From: an uncultured Verrucomicrobiae bacterium
GTDB lineage: Bacteria > Verrucomicrobiota > Verrucomicrobiia > Chthoniobacterales > UBA10450
Length of the DNA: 64,000 nucleotides
Assembly (NCBI GenBank): GCA_963815455.1
Contig: CAWFGO010000005.1
Coordinates: 32,001 to 96,000 of the forward strand
Direction of reading: 5' to 3'
Part shown: positions 21,064 to 30,438 of the stretch, piece after piece
Numbering within the stretch: position 1 is the stretch's first letter
Layout of the letters: each line of letters starts with the position of its first letter
Position numbers and translations under genes: made by a program
The notes under the pieces: model-generated
Databases searched by the model: none
Seen by the model: only the letters and a program-made list of their open reading frames with translations
Told to the model about the DNA's origin: nothing

Positions 21064-22470
21064 ATGGATAAATTTGATGTCGTAATCATCGGCTCGGGAC
21101 CGGGCGGGTATGTGGCCGCGATTCGCGCGGGGCAACTTGGGTTGAAAACCGCAATTGTGGAGAAGGACAAGGAACTTGGCGGCACCTGCCTGAACATCGG
21201 CTGCATCCCGAGCAAAGCGTTGCTCACTTCGAGCGATCATTTCGTGTTCGCGAAAAAGGAAGCAGAGAAACACGGCATCATGATCGACAACGTCACGGTC
21301 GATATCGGCAAGATGCAGCAACGCAAAGACAAGGTCGTGAAAACGCTGACCGGCGGCGTGCGGGCGCTGATGAAAACGAACAAGGTGACGACGTTCGAGG
21401 GCTGGGGCACAATCACCGCGCCGGGGAAGGTGTCGGTCAAATCGTCGAACGGCGAGGCGCAGGAGATCGAGACGAAAAATATCGTGATCGCAACCGGGAG
21501 CGTGCCGGCGGAATTGCCGTTCGCGAAATTCGACGGCGAGACGATCGTCAGCAGTACCGAAGCGCTTTGCTTTACTGAGCCGCCGAAAAAATTGCTCGTG
21601 ATCGGCGCGGGCGCGATTGGTCTCGAACTCGGTTCGGTGTGGAACCGGCTGGGGTCGGAAGTGACAACGCTCGAATTTCTCCCGCGCATCGCCGTCGGGT
21701 TCGATCTCGAATTATCGAACTTGCTCCAGCGCTCGCTCACCGCGCAAGGCATGATGTTTCATCTCGAAACCAAGGTGAGCGCGGTCAAGATCGACAATGC
21801 TCGCGTGACCGCGACGGCGACCAAAGGCGGGGAAGAAATGAAGTTTGAAGCCGACAAGGTGCTGGTGTCGGTCGGTCGCAAACCATTTTCGGAAGGTCTT
21901 GGCGCGGAGAAGGTGGGAGTCGAGTTGGACGAGAAAGAGAGAATCAAGATCGACAAAAATTTCCGAACGAATGTCGAAGGCATTTACGCCATCGGCGACG
22001 TGATCGCCGGGCCGATGCTGGCGCACAAAGCAGAGGATGAAGGAATTGCCTGCGTCGAGATCATCGCCGGCAAACCTGGTCACGTGAATTACGATGTAAT
22101 CCCGGGAATCATTTACACGAATCCAGAGTTGGCCGGAGTTGGCATCACCGAAGACCAGGCCAAAGAAAAGGGGATCGATTATCGCGTTGGCAAGTTTCCA
22201 TTTCGGGCCAATGGCCGGGCACTGGCGAATGAAGATGTCGATGGAATGGTGAAGTTCGTGGCCGACGCCAAGACCGACCGCATCCTCGGCGCGCACATCT
22301 TGCAGCATGTGGCCTCGGAATTGATCGCCGAAGCGGCTTCAGTGATGGAATTCGGGGGCAGCTCAGAAGACCTCGGGCGCACCTGTCATTCGCACCCGAC
22401 ACTGAGTGAAGCGGTTAAAGAAGCGGCGCTCAACGTCGAGAAGCGCGCGCTTCATATCGTGAATCGCTAA
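21064..22470 (+). CDS. lpdA: dihydrolipoyl dehydrogenase E3
   Basis: GSGPGGY, GGTCLNIGCIPSK, GAGAIGLE and HSHPTLSE motifs. Confidence 0.96.
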   Translation: MDKFDVVIIGSGPGGYVAAIRAGQLGLKTAIVEKDKELGGTCLNIGCIPSKALLTSSDHFVFAKKEAEKHGIMIDNVTVDIGKMQQRKDKVVKTLTGGVRALMKTNKVTTFEGWGTITAPGKVSVKSSNGEAQEIETKNIVIATGSVPAELPFAKFDGETIVSSTEALCFTEPPKKLLVIGAGAIGLELGSVWNRLGSEVTTLEFLPRIAVGFDLELSNLLQRSLTAQGMMFHLETKVSAVKIDNARVTATATKGGEEMKFEADKVLVSVGRKPFSEGLGAEKVGVELDEKERIKIDKNFRTNVEGIYAIGDVIAGPMLAHKAEDEGIACVEIIAGKPGHVNYDVIPGIIYTNPELAGVGITEDQAKEKGIDYRVGKFPFRANGRALANEDVDGMVKFVADAKTDRILGAHILQHVASELIAEAASVMEFGGSSEDLGRTCHSHPTLSEAVKEAALNVEKRALHIVNR

Positions 22471-22552
22471 GCCGGCGAAGAACGGCGCAAGCCGGCGCTT
22501 GCCGGGACAATTTCTTCTCGCCTCTGGGCGGTACATTGCTCAGGCTCCGAGC

Positions 22553-23008
22553 ATGATGAAAACGAAAATCTTTGCTATTATTGCATTATCTTTTGGTTTG
22601 GCTGGCTTCTGCCTGGCGCAAACCACTGCCAAGAGCGCCGGCACGCCCTACACCGAAGGCACAGTCTGGACTCTTACGATGATCAAAACCAAAGCCGGAC
22701 TTGGCGATGATTATTTTCGGCAAATCAGCCAGAGCGTGAAGCCGGTGTACGAGGAAGAGAAGAAGCAAAAGATCATTCTCGATTACAAAATCCTCGAAGG
22801 CGACGCCATGGGACCGGAGGACTTTAACATCATTATTATGGTGGAATATCCGAACATGGCCGCGCTCGATGGCTTGCGTGACAAGATGGACCCGATTGTG
22901 GAGAAAGTGATGGGTTCTCAGGATCAACAACGCGCCACCGCAGTGAAGCGGCTCGATATCCGCGAAATTCTCGGCACGAAGACCATGCGCGAGATCACGT
23001 TGAAGTAA
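22553..23008 (+). CDS. secreted hypothetical protein
   Basis: Clear signal peptide; PYTEGTVW...VEYPNMAALDGL. Confidence 0.75.
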   Translation: MMKTKIFAIIALSFGLAGFCLAQTTAKSAGTPYTEGTVWTLTMIKTKAGLGDDYFRQISQSVKPVYEEEKKQKIILDYKILEGDAMGPEDFNIIIMVEYPNMAALDGLRDKMDPIVEKVMGSQDQQRATAVKRLDIREILGTKTMREITLK

Positions 23009-23070
23009 TCAGACGTCAGAGATCAGAAGTCAGACATCAGGAATCTGCGTTAATCCGCAGTAATCTGCGG
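23009..23070. repeat. short tandem repeats (TCAGANN x4.5, then 10-mer AATCYGC x3)
   Basis: TCAGACG TCAGAGA TCAGAAG TCAGACA TCAG followed by GAATCTGCGT TAATCCGCAG TAATCTGCGG. Confidence 0.75.
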
Positions 23071-23085
23071 TTGAACTGATTACCT

Positions 23086-24066
23086 ATGACGGTTTTTCTC
23101 GGCGAGGAACAGGTCCGGAAGCATTTGCGCATGCCGGATCTGATCCCGGCGATGGAGAAAGCGCTGATCGATTTTTCCGCGGGCAAGGTAAAGCAGCCGA
23201 TGCGCTCGGTCATCGCGGTCGATCCGCCGGGCGGATTTTTCGGAATCATGCCGGCGGTGGCTGATAGTTTGGGCTTAAAAATCGTAACATTCTATCCACC
23301 GAACAGCGAGCGTGGTCTGCCGACGCACATGGCAACGATTTTTCTGGCCGATCCGCAAACCGGCGCGCCGCTCGCCGTGATGGACGGACGATTGATCACC
23401 GAGATGCGCACTGCGGCGGTTTCCGCGGTGGCGACGAAACTTCTGGCGTCGCCGGACGCGAAGATTCTGGCAATTCTGGGCAGCGGCGTGCAGGCGCGCA
23501 GTCATGTCGAAGCGTTGCGACTCGTCAGAAATTTTTCGGAAGTCCGGGTTTGGAGCGCAACCACGGCGCACGCCGAGCAATTCGCGAGGGAGATTCGCGA
23601 GTCGTGGCATCGGCATCTTGCCGATGGGACATTGGCTGGAAGCCAATGCCACGTGACTGCGGCCGAAGACGCGGTACGCGGCGCCGACGTAATTGTAACC
23701 GCGACAAGCTCGAAGACCCCGATCTTGCGCGGCGGGTGGTTAAAACCCGGCTGTCATGTCAACGCAGTCGGTGCATGTCGTCCCGATTGGCGGGAGCTGG
23801 ACGATGAGACAATGGCAAATGTCGTCTTCGTCGATTCGCGTGAAGCCGCGCTGAAGGAATCCGGGGATATCATCTTGTCCGGCGCGAAGACTTACGCGGA
23901 GCTTGGCGAAGCGCTGGCCGGCAAAGTCCCACCGCGTGCAAATGAGACCACGATCTTCAAATCGCTCGGCATGGCGGTCGAAGACATCGCCGCGGCGATG
24001 CTGGTTTATCGGTCCTGTCTTGACATTGGTGAAAGCAAAGGCGCAAGATCGACATCTGACTCCTAA
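23086..24066 (+). CDS. ornithine cyclodeaminase/mu-crystallin family protein
   Basis: ITEMRTAAVS, GSGVQA, HVNAVGA and FKSLGMAVED motifs. Confidence 0.92.
   Translation: MTVFLGEEQVRKHLRMPDLIPAMEKALIDFSAGKVKQPMRSVIAVDPPGGFFGIMPAVADSLGLKIVTFYPPNSERGLPTHMATIFLADPQTGAPLAVMDGRLITEMRTAAVSAVATKLLASPDAKILAILGSGVQARSHVEALRLVRNFSEVRVWSATTAHAEQFAREIRESWHRHLADGTLAGSQCHVTAAEDAVRGADVIVTATSSKTPILRGGWLKPGCHVNAVGACRPDWRELDDETMANVVFVDSREAALKESGDIILSGAKTYAELGEALAGKVPPRANETTIFKSLGMAVEDIAAAMLVYRSCLDIGESKGARSTSDS
23603..23653. repeat. GTGG-tagged REP pair inside cyclodeaminase gene
   Basis: CGTGGCATCGGCATCTTGCCGATG ... CATTGGCTGGAAGCCAATGCCACG; 51 bp, in frame. Confidence 0.85.
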
Positions 24067-24078
24067 CGAACACAACCT

Positions 24079-24492
24079 ATGAAGCGATCCCTTTCCGGAA
24101 GAACAATCAGCCAAGCCGTGTTGATCGGCGCCGTCATTTCATTGGCGGGCTGCGGCACGATGACATTTAACAAGCCGAACAGCGACGCGCAGATTGAGAG
24201 TCTGCGAGCGATCCATCTGGCGCTGGTCGATCAATTTGCCGTGCCCCGCAAGCATTTCGATGCCGCGGCCTTTGACGCCAAAGTGGATGAGGGTAACAGG
24301 AAATTTGACGAAGCCCTCGCCCAGGAAAAAGTCGCGGCGCGTCGACCGGTCCTTCGCGATCTGGCCGGCCAGTTCAAAAAGGATGCCGAACATCTGCGGA
24401 GCAAGGCCAGTCGCAAAAAGATCACTTCAAACCTGGCCAGCGATATGAAGCAGGCGATTAACAAAGATTACGATCATGCCCTCGGGAAATAA
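24079..24492 (+). CDS. putative lipoprotein
   Basis: Lipobox LAGC after hydrophobic stretch; helical body. Confidence 0.7.
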   Translation: MKRSLSGRTISQAVLIGAVISLAGCGTMTFNKPNSDAQIESLRAIHLALVDQFAVPRKHFDAAAFDAKVDEGNRKFDEALAQEKVAARRPVLRDLAGQFKKDAEHLRSKASRKKITSNLASDMKQAINKDYDHALGK

Positions 24493-24946
24493 GAAAAAAC
24501 GCGGGAAAACCGCGCCCAAGAAAACTTCGACGAAGAAATCTGCCAACAAGAAGTCTGCGGCGAAGAAGTCTACGGTGAAGAAGTCTGCGGTAAAGAAATC
24601 CACCGGCGGCGAGTCCGATCTGAACACAACGTTGAATCAAATTAGTGACGAGTCCGTCGCGGAGGCGAAGAAGGAATTCCAGGAGCTGCTGGCCAAAGCG
24701 AAGGGGGACACGGCGGGATTCATTCAGGAAAACGCCCAGGAACTGGAGGAGCGCTTACTCGAGGTTCGAGACAAGAAACTCGATCGGGAAGACTTTAATT
24801 ATTTTGTCGAACGACAAAAGCGCAGTCTGCAAATCTTCATCGACAGCCAACCGGCCCAGGCCCAGGAACGCGCGGAGAAACTTACGATCAGCCTGTTGGA
24901 AATGGCTGCGAAGAAGATCGTGCCGATCTTGATCGCGATGATCTAG
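24476..24946 (+). CDS. hypothetical protein with histone-H1-like KKS/TxX N-terminal repeats
   Basis: KKTST KKSAN KKSAA KKSTV KKSAV KKSTG followed by an acidic helical domain. Confidence 0.7.
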   Translation: MPSGNKKKRGKTAPKKTSTKKSANKKSAAKKSTVKKSAVKKSTGGESDLNTTLNQISDESVAEAKKEFQELLAKAKGDTAGFIQENAQELEERLLEVRDKKLDREDFNYFVERQKRSLQIFIDSQPAQAQERAEKLTISLLEMAAKKIVPILIAMI

Positions 24947-24952
24947 GAGCTA

Positions 24953-26176
24953 CTACGGCGCGCGGTGAAATTTGGCCAGGATTTCGCGCAGCCGATCGTG
25001 GGGCAACGCTTCCACGCGATGGTTGTCGCGGCCGATCATGGTGTGATTGTCAATCAAAGCGTTAACGACCGCTTCTTCAGTTGCTTGCACCACCCCGGCG
25101 AAGATCGGGTCCAACAAATCGTTCGGGATCGTCTGGACGGTGTGCGTGACTTGATCGGGATTTGCAGCCTTCGGATTGGCGGTTGAAAAAGCGATGAACA
25201 AGTCGCCCGAACCGTTTCCGGAAACCGTTCCCGTCCGGGCCAGTCCGAGCGAGACGCGCCGGGCGAGCCGCTTCAATTGATTCGGTAACAGCGGTGCATC
25301 CGTTGCCACTACGGCAATGCACGAGCCACTTTCCGCTTTGTAAACTTCGCCTGGTATTTCTTTGCCGACCGGCACGCCGGCAATTGTGAGTTGTGAGCGA
25401 CGTCCGAAGTTTGCTTGAAGGAAAACGCCCACCGTGAAAGTGCGAGTAGAGGAGCCGCGGTCGGCGCCCGCGGCTACAGGGCCCTTGATGTCGATCCTGC
25501 GCGACGCGGTGCCGTTGCCGCCTTTGAATTCGTAACAGATCATGCCGGTGCCGCCGCCGACGCTGCCTTCCTCGACTGCGCCGCCGTGCGCGGAATCGAG
25601 CGCGCGGAAAACGTGCTCGGGTTTTACATGAAACCCGTTGATATCATTGAGCCATCCATCCCATGTCTCGGCCACCACGGGCAGGCTCCACCAGTATCCG
25701 GTGTTGTCGGCCGCGCCATGCTTGACCCGCCAGGCAATCACCGCGTCGCGCGCGACGCCAACACTATGTGTGTTTGTAATTGCGATCGGGCCCTCAAGAA
25801 ATCCGCTTTCCTCAACCCAGGCCGTGCCAGTCATTTCGCCGTTGCCATTCAAACTGAAAACGGCGGCGTAAACCGGATCGTTCAGCGAATCGTGGCCGCG
25901 CGGAATGATCGCGGTCACACCGGTCCGGACCGGGCCTTTGCCCGTTTCCAGTTTGCCGTCGCCTTCGATCAACGTCGAATAGCCGACTTCTACGCCGGCC
26001 ACATCGGTAATCGCATTCAGTTTTCCAGGTGTGCCCTCGAATGGGACTCCAAAATCGCGTGCGCGAATGATCGTCGATCCTGCCGGCGGTGATATCTGTG
26101 GCTCGCGTCCGGAAGCATGGATTACGAGCAGGAGCACGAGCACGATGGCGGCGGAAGATGTCGATTTTGTGAACAT
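24953..26176 (-). CDS. P1/S58-family peptidase (DmpA-like aminopeptidase)
   Basis: NAITDVAGVEVG, NGNGEMTG, PVVAETWDGWLND, GGGTGM, GS autocleavage site (ESGSCI), SGDLFIAFST. Confidence 0.9.
   Translation of the reverse strand: MFTKSTSSAAIVLVLLLVIHASGREPQISPPAGSTIIRARDFGVPFEGTPGKLNAITDVAGVEVGYSTLIEGDGKLETGKGPVRTGVTAIIPRGHDSLNDPVYAAVFSLNGNGEMTGTAWVEESGFLEGPIAITNTHSVGVARDAVIAWRVKHGAADNTGYWWSLPVVAETWDGWLNDINGFHVKPEHVFRALDSAHGGAVEEGSVGGGTGMICYEFKGGNGTASRRIDIKGPVAAGADRGSSTRTFTVGVFLQANFGRRSQLTIAGVPVGKEIPGEVYKAESGSCIAVVATDAPLLPNQLKRLARRVSLGLARTGTVSGNGSGDLFIAFSTANPKAANPDQVTHTVQTIPNDLLDPIFAGVVQATEEAVVNALIDNHTMIGRDNHRVEALPHDRLREILAKFHRAP
25454..25479. repeat. single GTAG-tagged REP inside dmpA-like gene
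   Basis: Reverse complement CTGTAGCCGCGGGCGCCGACCGCGGC is identical to the dnaX copy; encodes PVAAGADRG. Confidence 0.85.
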
Positions 26177-26181
26177 CCTAA

Positions 26182-26218
26182 AACGTCCAACGCTCAACGC
26201 TCAACGTCCAACGCTCAA
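26182..26218. repeat. heptamer tandem repeat AACGYYC x5
   Basis: AACGTCC AACGCTC AACGCTC AACGTCC AACGCTC. Confidence 0.85.
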
Positions 26219-26239
26219 TGAAGATCAAAGAAACGATCC

Positions 26240-26330
26240 GTCATTCTGAGCGAAGCGAAGCGGAGTCGAAGAATCCCGCGGCGCAACCCAACCGTAACGC
26301 TACGGGATTCCTCAACTTCGCTCGGGATGA
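26240..26330. repeat. GTCATT/GATGA-terminated palindromic element
   Basis: GTCATTCTGAGCGAAG...GAAGAATCCCG ... CGGGATTCCTCAACTTCGCTCGGGATGA. Confidence 0.8.
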
Positions 26331-26405
26331 GAATATTTCTGTTTGCTCCTTCGTTTGTTCGATTTTCTGTTTTCACCGGTCGATCAATGCACTTAGATTG
26401 GGGCC

Positions 26406-28037
26406 GTGAGTTACCAGGTCTTCGCCCGCAAATATCGTCCACAGACATTCGACGACCTGGTCGGGCAAACGCACGTTTCGCGCACGCTCAAAAACGCCGT
26501 CGAACAAAACCGGCTGGCACACGCGTACTTGTTCGTCGGGCCACGCGGCGTGGGCAAAACTTCGACGGCGCGGATTCTGGCCAAGGCGCTCAATTGCGTG
26601 AAGGGCCCAACGGTGACGCCCTGCGGTGTGTGCGATAACTGCAAGGAGATTACGGCGGGCAACAGCCTCGATGTCATCGAGATCGACGGCGCGAGTAATA
26701 ACAGCGTCGAGGACGTGCGCGAGTTGCGAGACAACGTGCGTTACGCGCCGGCCAAGGGCCGTTACAAAATTTATCTCATCGATGAAGTGCACATGCTTTC
26801 TTCCGCCGCGTTCAACGCGCTGCTCAAAACACTCGAGGAACCGCCTCCGCACGTGAAATTCATTTTCGCCACGACCGAGCCGCAAAAGGTCTTGCCTACG
26901 ATCCTCAGTCGTTGTCAGCGATTCGATCTTCATCGTATTCCCGCGAATTTGATCGCCGATCATCTGCAATTCATCGCCAAGAAAGAAAAGGTCACGCTCG
27001 AGCCGGCGGCGGCCGCTTCCATTGCCCGCGGCGCGGAAGGCGGCTTGCGTGACGCCGAATCGATGCTCGATCAGTTGGTCGCATTTTGCGGAGAAAAAAT
27101 CGCCGAGAGCGATGTGCTCAACGTTTTTGGGTTCACCAGCGAACAGACGGTGATCGATCTAACCGGACGAATCTTGCAAGGCGAAGCGCCGGCTGCGCTC
27201 GACGTGCTCTATCAGCAAAGTGAGAGCGGCAAGGACATGATGCGGCTCATGTCGGACTTGATCGTTTATCTGCGCGACCTGCTGGTTTTCAAAGCCAAAC
27301 CGGACGCGCTGAAGGAAGATGTCGATCCTGAGGTTCAAAAAGCGCTCGCCGCGCACACGGATCTGATTGCGACCGATCGTCTGCTCGAGCTGATCGACCA
27401 ATTCGCCGAGGCCGAAGGCCGGATGAAATGGGCGCCGAACAAGAAACTGCATTTCGAAGTGGCCATCATTAAGGCGATCCAGAGATTGGGTCAGGCGACG
27501 CTGGATGAAGTGATCGAGAAATTGGGAAATCTTCGCGATGGCGGCGCTGTAGCCGCGGGCGCCGACCGCGGCGGTGAGAAATCACGGGCTGAGAAGGCCG
27601 CGGTCGGCGCCCGCGGCTACAGCGAGGCAACTCGCGTCGCAGAATCGCCACCTGAGTACGCGTCGGCCAAGGCAGGCGCCAAGATCGATCCTGCGGAAGT
27701 GTGGAAACAAATCAGCGCGAAGATTCCTACGCAGAAGGGTTTTCTTCGAAACGCGGCGGCTGCCGCGCATGTCATGGGGATCGAAGGCCGGAATTTTCTG
27801 CTCGGTTTCACTTCGAGCGACAAGTCGTTGCTGGAAATTTTAGGCACACAGGCGAATCGCAAATTTCTCGAGACGACGTTGCGCGAGGTCACCGGTAAAG
27901 ATTTGACGGTAAAAATGAGCATCGATGACAGCCTTCCCTCGAAGCCGGGATCACCGATCCCGGCTACATCGGAGTTTAAGGAAGATCCGCTCATTCAGGA
28001 AGCGATCGAGATGTTTAAAGGTGAAATAAGAACGTGA
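26406..28037 (+). CDS. dnaX: DNA polymerase III subunit gamma/tau
   Basis: ARKYRPQTF, GPRGVGKT, Zn cluster, IDEVHML, NALLKTLEEPP, SRCQRF. Confidence 0.96.
   Translation: MSYQVFARKYRPQTFDDLVGQTHVSRTLKNAVEQNRLAHAYLFVGPRGVGKTSTARILAKALNCVKGPTVTPCGVCDNCKEITAGNSLDVIEIDGASNNSVEDVRELRDNVRYAPAKGRYKIYLIDEVHMLSSAAFNALLKTLEEPPPHVKFIFATTEPQKVLPTILSRCQRFDLHRIPANLIADHLQFIAKKEKVTLEPAAAASIARGAEGGLRDAESMLDQLVAFCGEKIAESDVLNVFGFTSEQTVIDLTGRILQGEAPAALDVLYQQSESGKDMMRLMSDLIVYLRDLLVFKAKPDALKEDVDPEVQKALAAHTDLIATDRLLELIDQFAEAEGRMKWAPNKKLHFEVAIIKAIQRLGQATLDEVIEKLGNLRDGGAVAAGADRGGEKSRAEKAAVGARGYSEATRVAESPPEYASAKAGAKIDPAEVWKQISAKIPTQKGFLRNAAAAAHVMGIEGRNFLLGFTSSDKSLLEILGTQANRKFLETTLREVTGKDLTVKMSIDDSLPSKPGSPIPATSEFKEDPLIQEAIEMFKGEIRT
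27545..27624. repeat. GTAG-tagged REPIN inside dnaX (perfect 28-bp inverted repeat)
   Basis: 27545-27572 CGCTGTAGCCGCGGGCGCCGACCGCGGC is the exact reverse complement of 27597-27624. Confidence 0.92.
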
Positions 28038-28047
28038 CCGACGGCTT

Positions 28048-28359
28048 ATGAATCTCAACAAGTTGATGAAGCAGGCGCAGAAGATGCAAGAGCAGATGGC
28101 CAAAGTGCAGGCTGATCTGGAGGAGAAAACTGTCGAAGTTCAGGCCGGCGGCGGCAAAGTGACCGTGGTTGCGAATGGCGCCGGTGAAGTGCTCTCGATC
28201 AAGATCGACAAGGCAATTGTCGATCCTAACGACGTTGAATTTCTCGAGGAAGTGGTGCTGAGCGGTGTGCAGGGCGCCATCGAGCAAGGCAAGGCGCTCG
28301 CTCAATCGGAGATGAGCAAAATCAGCGGCGGAATGGGAGTGCCGGGGTTAGGGATGTAG
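28048..28359 (+). CDS. ybaB: YbaB/EbfC nucleoid-associated protein
   Basis: MKQAQKMQ...AGGGKVTV...DVEFLEE; follows dnaX. Confidence 0.93.
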   Translation: MNLNKLMKQAQKMQEQMAKVQADLEEKTVEVQAGGGKVTVVANGAGEVLSIKIDKAIVDPNDVEFLEEVVLSGVQGAIEQGKALAQSEMSKISGGMGVPGLGM

Positions 28360-28394
28360 CGTTTTGGTGAAGCGTCGACACCCAATGGCGGTGG

Positions 28395-28583
28395 CGTCCT
28401 GAGGTCGCCGCGGCGACCGAAGGATGATCCTAATAACGTCAATCGCTTTCGCGCAAGGTTCAACTTTAGCTCCGGGCCAGGCCGGCATTTGATTTGATGA
28501 TGTGGATCGCGCACGCGAGATCCTTCGCCGTCGGAGCCTGTCCTGAGCGAGCGCAGCGAGTCGAATGGGCGGCTCAGGATGAC
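28395..28583. repeat. composite GTC/GATGAC-terminated palindromic element
   Basis: CGTCCTGAGGTCGCCGCGGCGACCGAAGGA ... GCGAGATCCTTCG...(nested TGTCCTGAGCGAGCGCAGCGAGTCGAA)...CTCAGGATGAC. Confidence 0.7.
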
Positions 28584-28646
28584 GAGGCGCAGTAATTATC
28601 CGCGCGGCCACTTGGGCTTGCGCGATGTCGATCTTAGCCGGAGTAA

Positions 28647-29315
28647 TTGCCGGTGCAGCCCCAACTAACCGCGCGTGACCTGGTTCAATCTTTTCAGATG
28701 GGGCGTCGCCGGATTGACGTTTTGCGCGGGATCTCGATCGAAGTCGCGCATGGAGAAGTGGTGTTCGTGTGCGGCGCGTCGGGCGCGGGCAAGACGACTC
28801 TCTTATATACGCTGGCCGGATTGGAGCGGCCCGAATCGGGCACGGTGGAGTTCGAAGGGCGAAAACTTTATGCCGGCAGTTCGGCGTCGCAGGCCAAACT
28901 GCGCAACGAAAAGATGGGTTTTGTGTTCCAGGGTTATTTCCTGCTGCCGGAGCTGACCGCGCTGGAAAACGTTTCGCTGCCGGGAATGATCGGGGGCAGA
29001 TCTCCATTGGAAAAGGCGGAGGAAAGTTTGCGCGCGGTCGGGCTGGGCGATCGAATGCAGCATTTGCCGGCGGAACTTTCCGGGGGCGAACAGCAACGGG
29101 TGGCGATTGCGCGCGCGTTGGTGAACGATCCGGAGATCATTTTTGCCGACGAACCGACCGGCAATCTCGATTCCAAGACCGGCGACGCCATCGTCGATCT
29201 TCTGTTGAATCTGGCCCGGGAACGAAACAAGACGCTGCTGGTGGTGACGCACGATGCGCAGTTGGCCGCGCGCGGCGATCGGACGTTACACATTGTTGAT
29301 GGAATGTTGGGCTAG
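28647..29315 (+). CDS. ABC ATP-binding protein, LolD/MacB-like
   Basis: GASGAGKTT, LSGGEQQRVAIARAL, ADEPTGNLD, VTHD. Confidence 0.88.
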   Translation: MPVQPQLTARDLVQSFQMGRRRIDVLRGISIEVAHGEVVFVCGASGAGKTTLLYTLAGLERPESGTVEFEGRKLYAGSSASQAKLRNEKMGFVFQGYFLLPELTALENVSLPGMIGGRSPLEKAEESLRAVGLGDRMQHLPAELSGGEQQRVAIARALVNDPEIIFADEPTGNLDSKTGDAIVDLLLNLARERNKTLLVVTHDAQLAARGDRTLHIVDGMLG

Positions 29316-29376
29316 CGGCTGCGACCGCAGTTGTCACTTGAATTGAGGAGAAAACACCGGAGACTTTTTCAAGCCT

Positions 29377-30348
29377 ATGAAAACCACTGACGCAGATACG
29401 ATGGTCATTGATGAACCAGTCACACGCAAAGGGGCGAAGACCGCAGAGGAGAACGCACGGACAACTTCGATGGCTAAGGAATCGCAAATTTATATCGACG
29501 GAAAATTTTGCTCGGAGAAAGACGCGAAGATTTCTGTGTTCGATCACGGCTTGCTTTACGGCGACGGAATTTTCGAGGGCATCCGCTTTTACAACGGCCG
29601 CGTGTTTCGTCTCGAAGAACACCTGGAGCGGCTGTGGGATTCGGCTCGCTCGATCATGCTCGAGATTCCGATGTCGATGCCAGAAATGACGGAGGCGTTG
29701 CTCGAAACGATCCGCAAAAACGGTCTCCGCGACGGCTACATTCGACTCATCGTGACGCGCGGAGTCGGAAACCTCGGGTTGAATCCGGTTCAATGTAAAA
29801 GACCGAGCGTGATCATCATCGTGGCGACGATCGCGCTTTATCCGAAGGAAGTTTATGAAAAGGGATTGACGGTGGTGACCTGCGCGACTCGGCGGACGAA
29901 CCCGAGCTCGCTCAATCCGGCGGTAAAATCGCTCAATTATTTGAACAACGTAATGGCGCGGATTGAGGCGAATCTGGCCGGCGCTGACGAAGGGCTGATG
30001 TTGAACGACGAGGGGAACGTGGCCGAATGCACGGCTGATAATCTTTTCGTGATCAAGCATGGACAGGTGTTCACGCCGCCGATTGCCGCTGGCGCCCTTC
30101 GCGGCATTACCCGCGCGGTTGTGTTTGAGATTGCAACAGAGCTTGGGATCAAGGTCGTTGAGGCAGATATCACACGGCACGATATCTTCGTTGCGGACGA
30201 ATGTTTCCTCACCGGCACGGCGGCGGAATTGATCCCGGTCGTCAAAGCCGACGGTCGCCCGATCGGCAATGGGAAACCGGGACCGATTAGCGCGCGAATG
30301 ATCGCGCGGTTCCGGCAGATTACGCGCGAAACCGGGACGCCGATTTGA
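29377..30348 (+). CDS. ilvE: branched-chain amino acid aminotransferase
   Basis: DHGLLYGDGIFEG, KSLNYLNN, LRGITR, FLTGTAAE; alternative start 29470. Confidence 0.93.
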   Translation: MKTTDADTMVIDEPVTRKGAKTAEENARTTSMAKESQIYIDGKFCSEKDAKISVFDHGLLYGDGIFEGIRFYNGRVFRLEEHLERLWDSARSIMLEIPMSMPEMTEALLETIRKNGLRDGYIRLIVTRGVGNLGLNPVQCKRPSVIIIVATIALYPKEVYEKGLTVVTCATRRTNPSSLNPAVKSLNYLNNVMARIEANLAGADEGLMLNDEGNVAECTADNLFVIKHGQVFTPPIAAGALRGITRAVVFEIATELGIKVVEADITRHDIFVADECFLTGTAAELIPVVKADGRPIGNGKPGPISARMIARFRQITRETGTPI

Positions 30349-30438
30349 TCTTAAGATCGTTTGCGCCCGGCCCGGGCGCGGAAGGTGCTGAATTTTCAGG
30401 TTGAATGTTGTAGAGTTTTGTAGGTCTAACTTGCAGAG

